Notes under the pieces: generated by a model
Told to the model about the DNA's origin: nothing
What the model saw: only the letters and a program-made list of their open reading frames with translations
Database searches by the model: none
Translations under genes and position numbers: made by a program
Source: an uncultured delta proteobacterium
GTDB lineage: Bacteria > Myxococcota > Myxococcia > Myxococcales > Myxococcaceae
NCBI GenBank assembly: GCA_963776345.1
Contig: CAVZMH010000016.1
Location: 704,001-768,000, forward strand
DNA: 64,000 nt
Direction: 5' to 3'
Shown: positions 50,371-59,428 of the stretch, piece after piece
Position numbering within the stretch: the first letter of the stretch is position 1
Layout of the letters: each line of letters opens with the position of its first letter

Positions 50371-50452
50371 TGCCCAGGGCGGGATTCGAACCCGCACACC
50401 TTTCGGCGCCACCCCCTCAAGATGGTGTGTCTACCAGTTCCACCACCTGGGC
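50371..50452 (-). tRNA. tRNA-Leu(GAG)
   Basis: Minus strand GCCCAGGTGGTGGAACTGGTAGACACACCATCTTGAGGGGGTGGCGCCGAAAGGTGTGCGGGTTCGAATCCCGCCCTGGGCA: cloverleaf with long variable arm, anticodon GAG, CCA not encoded. Confidence 0.97.
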
Positions 50453-50474
50453 TTGAAAGAGGACCGCCTAAGTA

Positions 50475-51161
50475 TCAGGGAGGCCCGCCGCTTTCCAGTC
50501 CCCCCGCCACCAGCCAGACCACGAGCGGCACCAGGACATTGTCCATCGCCCGCGGCGCGACGCCCTCCGCCAGCGCCGCCGCGAGTCCGGCACCGAGCAC
50601 CCGGACCGCGGAGAGCGGCGCGCCGAAGAGCAACCCCGCCATCGCCGTCCCGTGCGCCGCGAACCCGGCCACCACCAGCGAGCCCTCGAGACTCTTGGTC
50701 TTCGCCCAGGGCACCCGGTAGCGGTGCCCGCCCCACTGGCGGCCGACCAGCCCGCCGATGCCGTCGCCCAGCGCGAGCGCGAACAGGCCCGCCGCCGCCG
50801 GGAACGGCGCTCGGCCGAAGAGACCGACCGCGGTGAACGTCGCCGCCGAGAGCGCGTAGAGCACGAGCCCGGACCACGCCTCGCCTTCGCCCGACACCGC
50901 CCGCTCGAGCGCCCGGGCCGCCGAGAACCGGCGCGCCAGCAGCGGCACGGCCACCAGGAGCGCGAGGCCGGTCAGCGCGACCAGCACCGGCGGCCATGGC
51001 GAGTGCCACGCTCGCCACCCGAGCGGCCACACACCGGCCCCGATGTGCAGGAGATCTCGAGTGTACGTGCGCGGCAATCCGCGACCCGAGAGCCACAGAC
51101 AGAACGCGAGGCCACCCGCGAACACCGCCGACCAGAGGAGGACGAGCAGGCCGTCGTGCAC
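50475..51161 (-). CDS. Dolichol/phytol/polyprenol kinase-like membrane protein (CTP-dependent family)
   Basis: TRDLLHIGAG, LALGDGIGGLVG, KSLEGS and DNVLVP. Confidence 0.8.
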   Translation of the reverse strand: MHDGLLVLLWSAVFAGGLAFCLWLSGRGLPRTYTRDLLHIGAGVWPLGWRAWHSPWPPVLVALTGLALLVAVPLLARRFSAARALERAVSGEGEAWSGLVLYALSAATFTAVGLFGRAPFPAAAGLFALALGDGIGGLVGRQWGGHRYRVPWAKTKSLEGSLVVAGFAAHGTAMAGLLFGAPLSAVRVLGAGLAAALAEGVAPRAMDNVLVPLVVWLVAGGLESGGPP

Positions 51162-51200
51162 GGCCCAGAGCCTCTCACGCCGCGGCTGCTGCCCGGGTCC

Positions 51201-51572
51201 CTACTTCTGCGCGGGCGCAGGAGTGGGAGCGGGCGCCGGAACCGCCGGGGCCGAATCACTCGCCGCAGGGGCCGGCGAGCTCGGCGTCGCCTCCGGGGCC
51301 GGCTTCGCCGCCGCCTTCGCCGCCAGGCTGCTGGTCACCGAGCTCCTCACGCCCACGAACGACAGGCCGAGCGACGTCAGGAAGAACAGCCCCGCGCAGA
51401 TCGCCGTCACCTTGCTGAGGAAGGTCACCGCCCCGCGCCCGCCGAACGCCGAGGTCGCCGCACCGCCGCCGAGCGCCGCGCCCATCCCCGCGTCCTTCCC
51501 CGGCTGGAGGAGGATGACGAAGATCATGAACACGCAGAGCAGCACGTGGACGACGGTGAAGAAGGCGATCAT
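51201..51572 (-). CDS. secG: Preprotein translocase subunit SecG
   Basis: ILLQPGKDAGMGAALGGG..FGGRG..FLSKVT; lies downstream of tpiA. Confidence 0.95.
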   Translation of the reverse strand: MIAFFTVVHVLLCVFMIFVILLQPGKDAGMGAALGGGAATSAFGGRGAVTFLSKVTAICAGLFFLTSLGLSFVGVRSSVTSSLAAKAAAKPAPEATPSSPAPAASDSAPAVPAPAPTPAPAQK

Positions 51573-51646
51573 CGGACGGTGGTTCCAGGGGGGTGAAGAA
51601 GGCCGCGCACCCTAGCGGGCCGCCGCCATCGCTGGCAAGTCGGCGA

Positions 51647-52411
51647 CTACCCCGCGGCGGCGACAATCGCCAGGAATTCCTGTGCCTTGAGGCTCGCTCC
51701 GCCCACCAGCGCGCCGTCGACGTCCGCCTGCCCGAGCAGCTCGGCGGCGTTGTCCGCCTTCACCGAGCCGCCGTAGAGCACCCGCACCGTCTCGCCCACC
51801 GGCCGGCCGAACAGCCGCACCAGCGCCTCGCGGATGTGCGCGTGGACCTCCTGCGCCTGAGACGGGGTCGCGTTCCGCCCGGTCCCGATGGCCCACACCG
51901 GCTCGTAGGCCAGCACCACGTGGCTCATCTCCTCGACCGCCACGCCGGCCAGGCTCCCGTGGAGCTGCGCGGACACCACCTCCAGCGTCCGCCCGGCGTC
52001 GCGCTCGGCCAGGGTCTCGCCGACACAGACCACCGGGCGCATCCCGGCGTGGAGCACCGCGCGCGTCTTCTTGTTCACCGAGGCATCCGTCTCCCCGAAG
52101 AGGTGCCGCCGCTCGGAGTGCCCGACGATCACCTGGGTGCAGCCCACCGCCTTCAGCATCCCCACCGAGATCTCCCCGGTGAACGCGCCCTGCGCCTCCC
52201 AGTGAACGTTCTGGGCGCCGAGCGCGATGCCGCTCCCATCGAGCGCACGCGCCGCGGCCTCCAGCGCGGTGAACGGGGGCGCCACCATCACCTCCGTGCG
52301 CCCCTGACCCAGGCCGTCGCGGAGCTGGTGGATCAGCTCCACCGCCTCGGCGCCCGTCCGGTGCATCTTCCAGTTGCCGGCCACCAGCGGCCGGCGGCGT
52401 GGCGAGGTCAT
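51647..52411 (-). CDS. tpiA: Triosephosphate isomerase
   Basis: [24 protein letters not shown] and YGGSV. Confidence 0.97.
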   Translation of the reverse strand: MTSPRRRPLVAGNWKMHRTGAEAVELIHQLRDGLGQGRTEVMVAPPFTALEAAARALDGSGIALGAQNVHWEAQGAFTGEISVGMLKAVGCTQVIVGHSERRHLFGETDASVNKKTRAVLHAGMRPVVCVGETLAERDAGRTLEVVSAQLHGSLAGVAVEEMSHVVLAYEPVWAIGTGRNATPSQAQEVHAHIREALVRLFGRPVGETVRVLYGGSVKADNAAELLGQADVDGALVGGASLKAQEFLAIVAAAG

Positions 52412-52424
52412 CGTACCTCCTCGC

Positions 52425-53612
52425 TCAGGACTCGAGCGCCTTCACCCCGGGCAGCTCCTTCCCCTCGAGGAATTCGAGCGAGGCGCCACCGCCGGTCGAC
52501 ACGTGAGACATCTTCTTGGCCAGCCCGAACTCGTGCACCGCCGCGGCGCTGTCCCCGCCGCCCACCACGGTCGTCGCGTCGCGCAGCCCGGCGATGGTCT
52601 CGGCCACCGCCCTGGTGCCGGCGGCGAACGCCGGGACCTCGAACAGCCCCATCGGCCCGTTCCAGAACACGGTGTGCGCCGGCCGGAGGTGCTCGGCGAA
52701 CAGCGCCCGCGTCCGGGGCCCGATGTCCAGCCCCATCAGCTCGGACGGGAGGGCCCGCTCCTTCACCTCGCGGATCGCCGCCTTCCCGGTCGGGTCGGCG
52801 CTGGCGATGTGATCGATCGGCAGCACCACCGCCTTGCCCAGACGGTCCGCCGCCTCGAGGGCCCGCTTCGCCACGTCCAGCTTGTCCGCCTCGACGCGGC
52901 TCTTCCCCACCTCCACGCCCTGGGCCCTGAGGAAGGTGTAGGCCATCGCCCCGCCCACGATCAGCGAGCTGACCCGCGGGAGCAGGCTCTCGATCACCTT
53001 GATCTTGTCCGAGACCTTCGCCCCCCCCAGCACCGCGACGTAGGGCATCGACGGCGACCGGAGGAGCTTCCCCAGGAACTCCAGCTCCTTCACCATCAGG
53101 TAGCCGGCGGCGCGCTCCTTCACCAAGGGCGCCATTCCCGCGGTCGAGGCGTGCGCGCGGTGCGCCGTGCCGAACGCGTCCATCACCCACACGTCCGCGT
53201 TCTCCGCCAGCGCCCGGGCGAAGGCCGGATCGTTCGCCTCCTCCTCCTTGTGGAAGCGCAGGTTCTCCAGCAGCACCACCTGGGTCGGCGTCTGGTCCTT
53301 CACCATCTTCCGCACGCCGTCGCCCACGCAGTCGTCGGCGAGCAGGACCTCGTGCGGCTTGCCCAGCAGCTCCGAGAGGACCCGCGCCGCGGGCTCGAGC
53401 GAGAGCTTGGGGTCCACGCCCTTCGGCCGGCCGAGGTGGGAGGCCACGATGAGCTTGCCGCCCATCTGCAGCACCCGCCGCAGCGTGGGCAGCGCCTCGC
53501 GGATCCGCGTGTCGTCGGTGACGCCGCCCTGCTCGTCCAGCGGGACGTTGAAGTCCACCCGGACGAAGACCCGCTTTCCGGTCAGCTGGAGATCGTCGAT
53601 GGAGCGGAACAT
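52425..53612 (-). CDS. pgk: Phosphoglycerate kinase
   Basis: [27 protein letters not shown] and STGGGASLE. Confidence 0.97.
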   Translation of the reverse strand: MFRSIDDLQLTGKRVFVRVDFNVPLDEQGGVTDDTRIREALPTLRRVLQMGGKLIVASHLGRPKGVDPKLSLEPAARVLSELLGKPHEVLLADDCVGDGVRKMVKDQTPTQVVLLENLRFHKEEEANDPAFARALAENADVWVMDAFGTAHRAHASTAGMAPLVKERAAGYLMVKELEFLGKLLRSPSMPYVAVLGGAKVSDKIKVIESLLPRVSSLIVGGAMAYTFLRAQGVEVGKSRVEADKLDVAKRALEAADRLGKAVVLPIDHIASADPTGKAAIREVKERALPSELMGLDIGPRTRALFAEHLRPAHTVFWNGPMGLFEVPAFAAGTRAVAETIAGLRDATTVVGGGDSAAAVHEFGLAKKMSHVSTGGGASLEFLEGKELPGVKALES

Positions 53613-53628
53613 GGCCCCTCCCCCGGGA

Positions 53629-54639
53629 CTAGCCCTTCGACAGGACGAGCTTGGTCAGGTCCACCATCCGGTTGCTGAAGCCCCACTCGTTGTCGTACCA
53701 GGCCATCACCTTGGCCAGGTTGCCCTCGATGACGAAGGTGTTGGTCCCGTCGACGATGGCCGAGTGGGGGTTGCCGTTGTAGTCCACCGAGACCGTCTGC
53801 GCCTCGCTGTACTCGAGCACGTTCTTCAGCGGGCCCTCGGCGGCCTTCCTGAACGCGGCGTTGATCTCCTCGGGGGTCGCCCTCTTCCCCAGGACCACCG
53901 TCAGGTCCACCAGGCTCACGTTGGGCGTGGGCACCCGGACGCTCACCCCGTGCATCTTGCCCTTGAGCGCCGGCAGCACATCGCCGATGGCCTTCGCCGC
54001 CCCGGTGCTGGTGGGGATCATCGACAGCGCCGCTGCCCGGGCCCGGCGCAGATCCTTGTGCGTCAGGTCGAGGATGCGCTGGTCGTTGGTGTAGCTGTGC
54101 ACCGTGGTCATCAGCCCCTTCTCGATGCCGAAGGTGTCGAGCAGCACCTTCGCCGTCGGGGCCAGGCAGTTGGTGGTGCACGAGGCGGCCGAGAGGATGT
54201 GATGCTTGGCCGGGTCGTACGCCTGGTGGTTCACCCCGAACGCCAGGGTGACGTCCGGGTTCTTCGCCGGCGCCGAGACGATGACCTTCTTCGCTCCGGC
54301 CGCCAGGTGATGGCTCGCGCCCTCGCGGTCGGCGAACCGGCCGGTGCATTCCAGCACCAGATCCACGCCCATCGCCTTCCACGGAAGCTTGGTCGGGTCC
54401 TTCTCGGCGGTGAAGGCGATGGTCCGCCCGTCCACGGTCATCGCCTTGTCGGTGGCCGAGACCTCGCCGGGGAAGGTGCGGTGCACCGAGTCGTACTTGA
54501 AGAGGTGGGCCATCGTCGCGGGCGCGTCCAGGTCGTTGATGGCGACGAACTCGATCTGCTCCTTCCGCGCCAGCGCCGCCCGGAGGATGCAGCGCCCGAT
54601 CCGCCCGAAACCGTTGATCGCGACTTTCATGGTGGCCAT
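53629..54639 (-). CDS. gap: Type I glyceraldehyde-3-phosphate dehydrogenase
   Basis: [17 protein letters not shown] and WYDNEWGFS. Confidence 0.97.
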   Translation of the reverse strand: MATMKVAINGFGRIGRCILRAALARKEQIEFVAINDLDAPATMAHLFKYDSVHRTFPGEVSATDKAMTVDGRTIAFTAEKDPTKLPWKAMGVDLVLECTGRFADREGASHHLAAGAKKVIVSAPAKNPDVTLAFGVNHQAYDPAKHHILSAASCTTNCLAPTAKVLLDTFGIEKGLMTTVHSYTNDQRILDLTHKDLRRARAAALSMIPTSTGAAKAIGDVLPALKGKMHGVSVRVPTPNVSLVDLTVVLGKRATPEEINAAFRKAAEGPLKNVLEYSEAQTVSVDYNGNPHSAIVDGTNTFVIEGNLAKVMAWYDNEWGFSNRMVDLTKLVLSKG

Positions 54640-54743
54640 GGGCGGTCCTCTAGGAGAAGCGAGACCGGAATTCAACGCTCGCCGGGCGGCGCGTAGACTG
54701 CTTCCTTGCCCCGGTCGGCCTCTGTGCCGTTCCGCCCTCGCCG

Positions 54744-55442
54744 ATGACCGCTCCCGCCCCCGTCCCTCTCCGGAAGCCGCCCTACCCACCCCGGAGGGGA
54801 GGCGGCTTCTGGTCCTCGGCGCGGCACGCCTGGAACGGCCTGGTCCATACGGTGGTGCACCAGCCCAACATGAAGGTGCACGTCGTCTCGGCCATCCTGG
54901 TCTCGCTGGTGGGCAGCGGACTGCCGCTGGGCCTGGCGGAAAAAGTCACGCTCATCTTCTGCGTGCTGCTGGTCTTCTTCGCCGAGATCCTCAACAGCGC
55001 GCTGGAGACCCTGGTGGACCTGGCCACGCAGGAGCTCGACGAGAAGGCCCGGGTCACGAAGGACGCAGCCGCCGCCGCGGTACTGGTCTTGTCCATCGGC
55101 TCGGCGGTCATCTTCGCCGCGCTCGTGGTGCACAACTGGGGCACCGTGGTGGCCAACGTCCCCCGCATCGAGCGGCAGGTGCTGTTCGGGCTCCCCCTGG
55201 CCGGATGCGCGGCTCTTCTGATGAACGACCGCCCTCGTCCCTGGGCGCAGGACGGGCTGGCCTTCGCCGCGGGGCTGGTCCTCGCGGGCGCGCTCGCGAC
55301 CTGGACCACCAGCGCTGTCTTCAGCGCGATGACGGTGGGGCTCCTGGTCCTGGCGGTGGCGGCGGCCCGGGAGCGGGCCAGGGCGCGCGCGGCCGCGGGG
55401 AACAGCGGAACCCGGGCAACAAAAAACCCTGCGGCCACGTGA
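54744..55442 (+). CDS. dgkA: Diacylglycerol/undecaprenol kinase (DgkA family) with extra C-terminal TMs
   Basis: [19 protein letters not shown] and KDAAAAAV. Confidence 0.82.
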   Translation: MTAPAPVPLRKPPYPPRRGGGFWSSARHAWNGLVHTVVHQPNMKVHVVSAILVSLVGSGLPLGLAEKVTLIFCVLLVFFAEILNSALETLVDLATQELDEKARVTKDAAAAAVLVLSIGSAVIFAALVVHNWGTVVANVPRIERQVLFGLPLAGCAALLMNDRPRPWAQDGLAFAAGLVLAGALATWTTSAVFSAMTVGLLVLAVAAARERARARAAAGNSGTRATKNPAAT

Positions 55443-55454
55443 AGGCTGCAGGGT
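55418..55454 (-). terminator. Intrinsic terminator
   Basis: Minus strand ACCCTGCAGCC-TTCACGT-GGCCGCAGGGT followed by TTTTTGTT. Confidence 0.8.
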
Positions 55455-55535
55455 CACTCCGAAAACTGCTTCCGCTCGCCCGGGCCTTGGCCCCGGAACC
55501 CGTCCGGAACGCTCGCGTCCGGTCGAGGGAAACGC
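55418..55535 (-). ncRNA. Candidate small RNA (about 115 nt), family not recognised
   Basis: TAGACA-N16-TACACT (55567-55540) upstream, several hairpins, ends in an intrinsic terminator, no credible ORF. Confidence 0.5.
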
Positions 55536-55567
55536 CACAAGTGTAACGCAGCGCCCGCCGATGTCTA

Positions 55568-55651
55568 GGTCAGGGCGGCCGCAGCCGAGGTCCGCGTCAG
55601 GGTGAGGTCAGGCGGGCTGCAGTCGGCGGGGTCAGGGCGGCCGCAGTCAGG
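55568..55651. repeat. Cluster of five GTCAGG motifs including a 17-bp exact direct repeat
   Basis: GGTCAGGGCGGCCGCAG at 55568-55584 and 55630-55646. Confidence 0.7.
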
Positions 55652-55849
55652 CTAGGCGGCCGGGCGGCTTTCCTCCGCGTCGACCGGGCTGGCAGGCGCG
55701 GTCTTGTCCGCGTCCCGGATGTCCGTGGCGACCAGGTCGATCAGCTCCGTCGCCACTGCAATCACTTGCGTCGGGGTGTAACCGCTCGAACGCAGCTGAT
55801 TGAAGAAGGTGCGTGCGAGGATCTTGGTCGCCTTGGCGTCGGTGCTCAC
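55652..55849 (-). CDS. Small helical hypothetical protein (65 aa)
   Basis: STDAKATKILARTFFNQLRSSGYTPTQVIAVATELIDLV; coding-like codon use; GTG start inferred. Confidence 0.7.
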   Translation of the reverse strand: MSTDAKATKILARTFFNQLRSSGYTPTQVIAVATELIDLVATDIRDADKTAPASPVDAEESRPAA

Positions 55850-55863
55850 GGGAGGGTGCAAGC

Positions 55864-55879
55864 TGCCACACCCGTGCCA
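55864..55879 (-). promoter_or_regulatory. Candidate sigma54 (-24/-12) promoter
   Basis: Minus strand TGGCACGGGTGTGGCA compared with consensus TGGCACG-N4-TTGC(A/T). Confidence 0.5.
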
Positions 55880-56028
55880 CCCCACACCAGCATTGTAACC
55901 ATATGAAACGACTGACGATGTGTTCCTGACAAGGACTGTCGGGGTGCGAAGGACACTGCGCACTGCCAACTGGGTGCGCCGGACCCCGGAGATTGCGTCC
56001 ATCCACCTTGGCCCCTAACACCTGAGGC

Positions 56029-57624
56029 TTGCCCTACCGGATTCACAACATCCCTCTCTGGCTCGGCGAGCCGGAGACGCTGCTCCGCCGCCGGGCGGCC
56101 GAGTCGCTCGGTATCCGCCCCGAGGACCTGGCCACGGTTCGGGCGGTCCGCTCGGTGCTGGACGCGCGGAAGAAGGGCTCGCCCCGGACCATCCACACCG
56201 TGGAGGTGACGTTCGCCGAGGGGCGCGCCCCGGCCCGGCTCCCCCCTGGGGTCACCGAGACCGAGCCCGCGCCCCCGCCCCCGCCGATGGTCCGCCCTCC
56301 CGAGCGGCGGCCGATCATCGTGGGGACCGGGCCGGCGGGCCTGTTCTGCGCGCTGGGGCTGCTCGAGCGCGGCGTCCCGTCGGTTCTCCTGGAGCGCGGG
56401 CGCGAGGTGGTGCAGCGGCGCAAGGACGTGGCCCGGCTGATGCGCGACGGGAGCCTCGACCCCGAGAGCAACATGAACTTCGGCGAGGGTGGCGCTGGCG
56501 CCTACACCGACGGGAAGCTCAGCACCCGCATCAACCACCCGCTGGTCCGCAAAGTCATCGAGACGTTCGCCCGCTACGGCGCGCCGGACCGCATCCTCGT
56601 CGACGGCAAGCCGCACATCGGCTCGGACCTCCTCCCCTTCGCGGTGGCCCGCCTCCGGGAAGAGCTCGTGGCCGGCGGCTGCGAGGTCCGCTTCGAGTCG
56701 CGGGTCGACGACGTGCTCTCGACCGACGGCCGCGCCTCGGGCGTCCTGCTCGCCGACGGCACGCGGCTGGACTCGGACCGGGTGGTGCTCGCGCCGGGGA
56801 ACAGCGCCCGCGAGCTCTTCGAGCGCTTCGCCAAGGGCGGCCGCATCGCCATCGAGGCCAAGCCGTTCGCCATCGGCTTCCGGGCCGAGCATCCGCAGGG
56901 CCTCATCGATTCCATCCAGTACGGCCCGGCCTCGCAGCACCCCGAGCTGCCGCCCGCCGACTACAAGCTGGCCGAGAACCTCGAGACCGGCGGCGAGATG
57001 CGCGGGGTGTACTCGTTCTGCATGTGCCCGGGCGGCATCGTGGTGCCCACGCCCACCGAGGACGGGATGCAGTGCACCAACGGGATGAGCAACAGCCGGC
57101 GCAACGCTCGCTACGCCAACGCCGGCATCGTGGTCTCGGTCTCGCCCGCGGACTTCGCCCGCGCCGGCTTCCACGGACCGCTCGCCGGCCTCGAGTTCCA
57201 GCGGCACTGGGAGCATGAGGCGTACGCGCTCGGCGGCGGCCACTTCTTCGCCCCGGCGCAGACCATCCCCGACTACCTCGCCGGCCGGAAGGGCACGCCG
57301 CCCGGCGGCACCAGCTACCGCCCCGGGCTCACCCACGCCGACCTGAACCCGCTCTTCCCCCCGGAGCTGACCGCGGCCATCAAGGCGGCGCTCCGCCGGT
57401 TCGACCAGAAGATGCGCGGCTTCGTCAGCGCCGAGGGGAAGCTCATCGGCATCGAGAGCCGGACCAGCTCGCCGGTGCGACTCCCGCGGGACGAGGCGCT
57501 GCAGTCGGTCTCCCTCCGGGGCCTCTACCCTTCGGGCGAGGGATGCGGGTATGCCGGGGGTATCGTGAGCTCCGCCATCGACGGGCTGCGCATCGCCGAG
57601 CAGATCGCCAGGGAGCTCGGGTGA
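56029..57624 (+). CDS. NAD(P)/FAD-dependent oxidoreductase (uncharacterised FAD-dependent dehydrogenase family)
   Basis: GTGPAG, FGEGGAGAYTDGKL, PHIGSD, SFCMCPGG and GEGCGYAGGIVSSA. Confidence 0.9.
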   Translation: MPYRIHNIPLWLGEPETLLRRRAAESLGIRPEDLATVRAVRSVLDARKKGSPRTIHTVEVTFAEGRAPARLPPGVTETEPAPPPPPMVRPPERRPIIVGTGPAGLFCALGLLERGVPSVLLERGREVVQRRKDVARLMRDGSLDPESNMNFGEGGAGAYTDGKLSTRINHPLVRKVIETFARYGAPDRILVDGKPHIGSDLLPFAVARLREELVAGGCEVRFESRVDDVLSTDGRASGVLLADGTRLDSDRVVLAPGNSARELFERFAKGGRIAIEAKPFAIGFRAEHPQGLIDSIQYGPASQHPELPPADYKLAENLETGGEMRGVYSFCMCPGGIVVPTPTEDGMQCTNGMSNSRRNARYANAGIVVSVSPADFARAGFHGPLAGLEFQRHWEHEAYALGGGHFFAPAQTIPDYLAGRKGTPPGGTSYRPGLTHADLNPLFPPELTAAIKAALRRFDQKMRGFVSAEGKLIGIESRTSSPVRLPRDEALQSVSLRGLYPSGEGCGYAGGIVSSAIDGLRIAEQIARELG

Positions 57625-58007
57625 ACTACCGCGTGCGCACCGCCGACGGGGAGCTGGAGTTCGCCTCGCTGTACGAGATCTCCAACGCGCTCCGGCATGG
57701 GCTGGTGGAGGGCGAGGACGAGCTGCTGGCCCCGGGGCAGACCACCTGGGTGCGGGTCGCGGACCACTCGGCGCTGAAGGCCCACGTCCGGCCCGCGCGG
57801 ACGCTCCGGCCGGCGAGCGTCCTCGGGGGGCTCGAGCTCGGGGCCACGCTCGCCTCGGCGCTGGTGGCGGTCACCGGCATCTTCTCTCGCTGGAGCTACT
57901 GGGTGGTGGGGGGCGCGCTCCTGGTCGCGGTGTGGCTCTCGACCCGCCTCGCGTTGCGCGCCGCGCGGATGCGCTCCTCGAACCGGGTAGACTCCCGGCG
58001 TCGATGA
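57621..58007 (+). CDS. Hypothetical membrane protein
   Basis: GTGA-coupled; soluble N-domain YRVRTADGELEF followed by two TMs. Confidence 0.7.
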   Translation: MNYRVRTADGELEFASLYEISNALRHGLVEGEDELLAPGQTTWVRVADHSALKAHVRPARTLRPASVLGGLELGATLASALVAVTGIFSRWSYWVVGGALLVAVWLSTRLALRAARMRSSNRVDSRRR

Positions 58008-58633
58008 GCCGCCGTCTCCGCTCCGCCGCCCTGGTCCTGGCGCTCCACGCCGCCGCCGCGCGCGCGGACGACGTCTACGTGTGGACCGACGCCTGGGGTG
58101 AGACGCACTACACCAACGACACCGCGAGCATCCCCGAGAAGTCGCGCCGCACCGTCCGGAAGCTCGAGGGAGGCACCCCGGACGCGGTCGAGCCGCGCAG
58201 CGCGACGGCCAAGGCCGAGGACGGCAGCAAGCCGGCCAAGGCGGCCGAGGGAGACGCCTCGAAGGAGCCACGCCCCTCCGGGGAGCCCGCGCAGCCCCCG
58301 CCCCCCGAGCCCATCGAGGAGACCCTCCATGCTCCGCGCGCCGACGAGCAGGTCTCGGAGGAGCAGTGGCGGACGATGTTCCGCAAGGCCAACGGACGGG
58401 TGAAGCGCGCCGAGCGCAAGGCGCAGCAGAGCCGGGAGGCGCTGGCGAAGCTGCCCGGCCAGGACATCACCACCTACGACATCGCGGGGAACGTGGTCAT
58501 CGAGAGCCGCTACCAGTCGCTCCGGGTCCAGCTGGACGAGGACGAGTACCAGCTCGAGCAGGCCCGCGAGCAGCTGCACGACCTCGAGCGCGCGGCGGCC
58601 CGCGAGGCCGTTCCGCTCGAGTGGCGCAGGTGA
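58004..58633 (+). CDS. DUF4124 domain secreted protein with coiled coil
   Basis: Signal peptide, then DVYVWTDAWGETHYTND..SIP. Confidence 0.8.
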   Translation: MSRRLRSAALVLALHAAAARADDVYVWTDAWGETHYTNDTASIPEKSRRTVRKLEGGTPDAVEPRSATAKAEDGSKPAKAAEGDASKEPRPSGEPAQPPPPEPIEETLHAPRADEQVSEEQWRTMFRKANGRVKRAERKAQQSREALAKLPGQDITTYDIAGNVVIESRYQSLRVQLDEDEYQLEQAREQLHDLERAAAREAVPLEWRR

Positions 58634-58637
58634 GCCG

Positions 58638-59366
58638 CTAGTTCCAGAGGCCGCGCGGGGGGCGGGCGGTCCAGTCCCGGCGGGGCCGCGCCGCCTCGCC
58701 CTTCCGGAGGAGCACGCAGAGCGCCATCCCCACCACGAAGCCGCCGATGTGCGCCCACCAGGCGACGCCCGCCGCCGCGCCTGCCGCCGGTGAGAGGGCG
58801 GCCGCACCGTTCGCCAGCTGCGAGAGGAACCAGACGCCGAGGAACACCACCGCCGGGAGCTCGACCAGGAAGAGGAACACCAGCGTCAGCACCCGGGCGC
58901 CCGGGTAGAGCACCAGGTAGGCGCCGAGCACGCCGGCGATCGCCCCGGAGGCGCCGATGGCGGGCATCTGCGAGCCGGGACTCACCCAGCCCTGCACCAG
59001 CATCGAACAGGCGCCGCACAGCAGGTAGAACACGAGGAAGCGCAGGTGCCCGAGGCGATCCTCGACGTTGTCGCCGAAGACGCCCAGGAACCACATGTTC
59101 CCGATGATGTGCGCCCAGCCGCCGTGGAGGAAGTTCGCGGTGAGCAGCGGCAGGAAGCGCCAGGCGTCCAGCGTCGTCCCGCCGCGCATCTCCCATCCGA
59201 AGAAGCGGCGGGGGACGAAGCCGAGCACCTCGATGACCGGATCCAGCTGCCCCGCCCTGAGCAGCGTCAGCTCCCAGAGGAAGACCAGGACGTTGACGAC
59301 GATGATCACCGCCACCACCGCCGGCCAGGTGCTGGATCGTGGGCTGTCTCGGAGCGGGAAGATCAA
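58638..59366 (-). CDS. Rhomboid intramembrane serine protease
   Basis: FLHGGWAHIIGNM, IGASGA and WAHIGGF. Confidence 0.93.
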   Translation of the reverse strand: MIFPLRDSPRSSTWPAVVAVIIVVNVLVFLWELTLLRAGQLDPVIEVLGFVPRRFFGWEMRGGTTLDAWRFLPLLTANFLHGGWAHIIGNMWFLGVFGDNVEDRLGHLRFLVFYLLCGACSMLVQGWVSPGSQMPAIGASGAIAGVLGAYLVLYPGARVLTLVFLFLVELPAVVFLGVWFLSQLANGAAALSPAAGAAAGVAWWAHIGGFVVGMALCVLLRKGEAARPRRDWTARPPRGLWN

Positions 59367-59428
59367 CCGGCCACTCTCCTAACCCGGGCAGGCCCACCGG
59401 GTCCACGGTCTGGTAGGGTCCGCCGCCC

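Noticed and set aside
29600..50371. Integrative element or prophage at tRNA-Leu
   Set aside because: No integrase, no phage genes and no duplicate of the tRNA 3' end were seen, and the core gene serA lies within the region.
55455..55535. SRP RNA (GGAAGCAG motif)
   Set aside because: The CAGG-NN-GNRA helix-8 context and the long terminal helix are missing.
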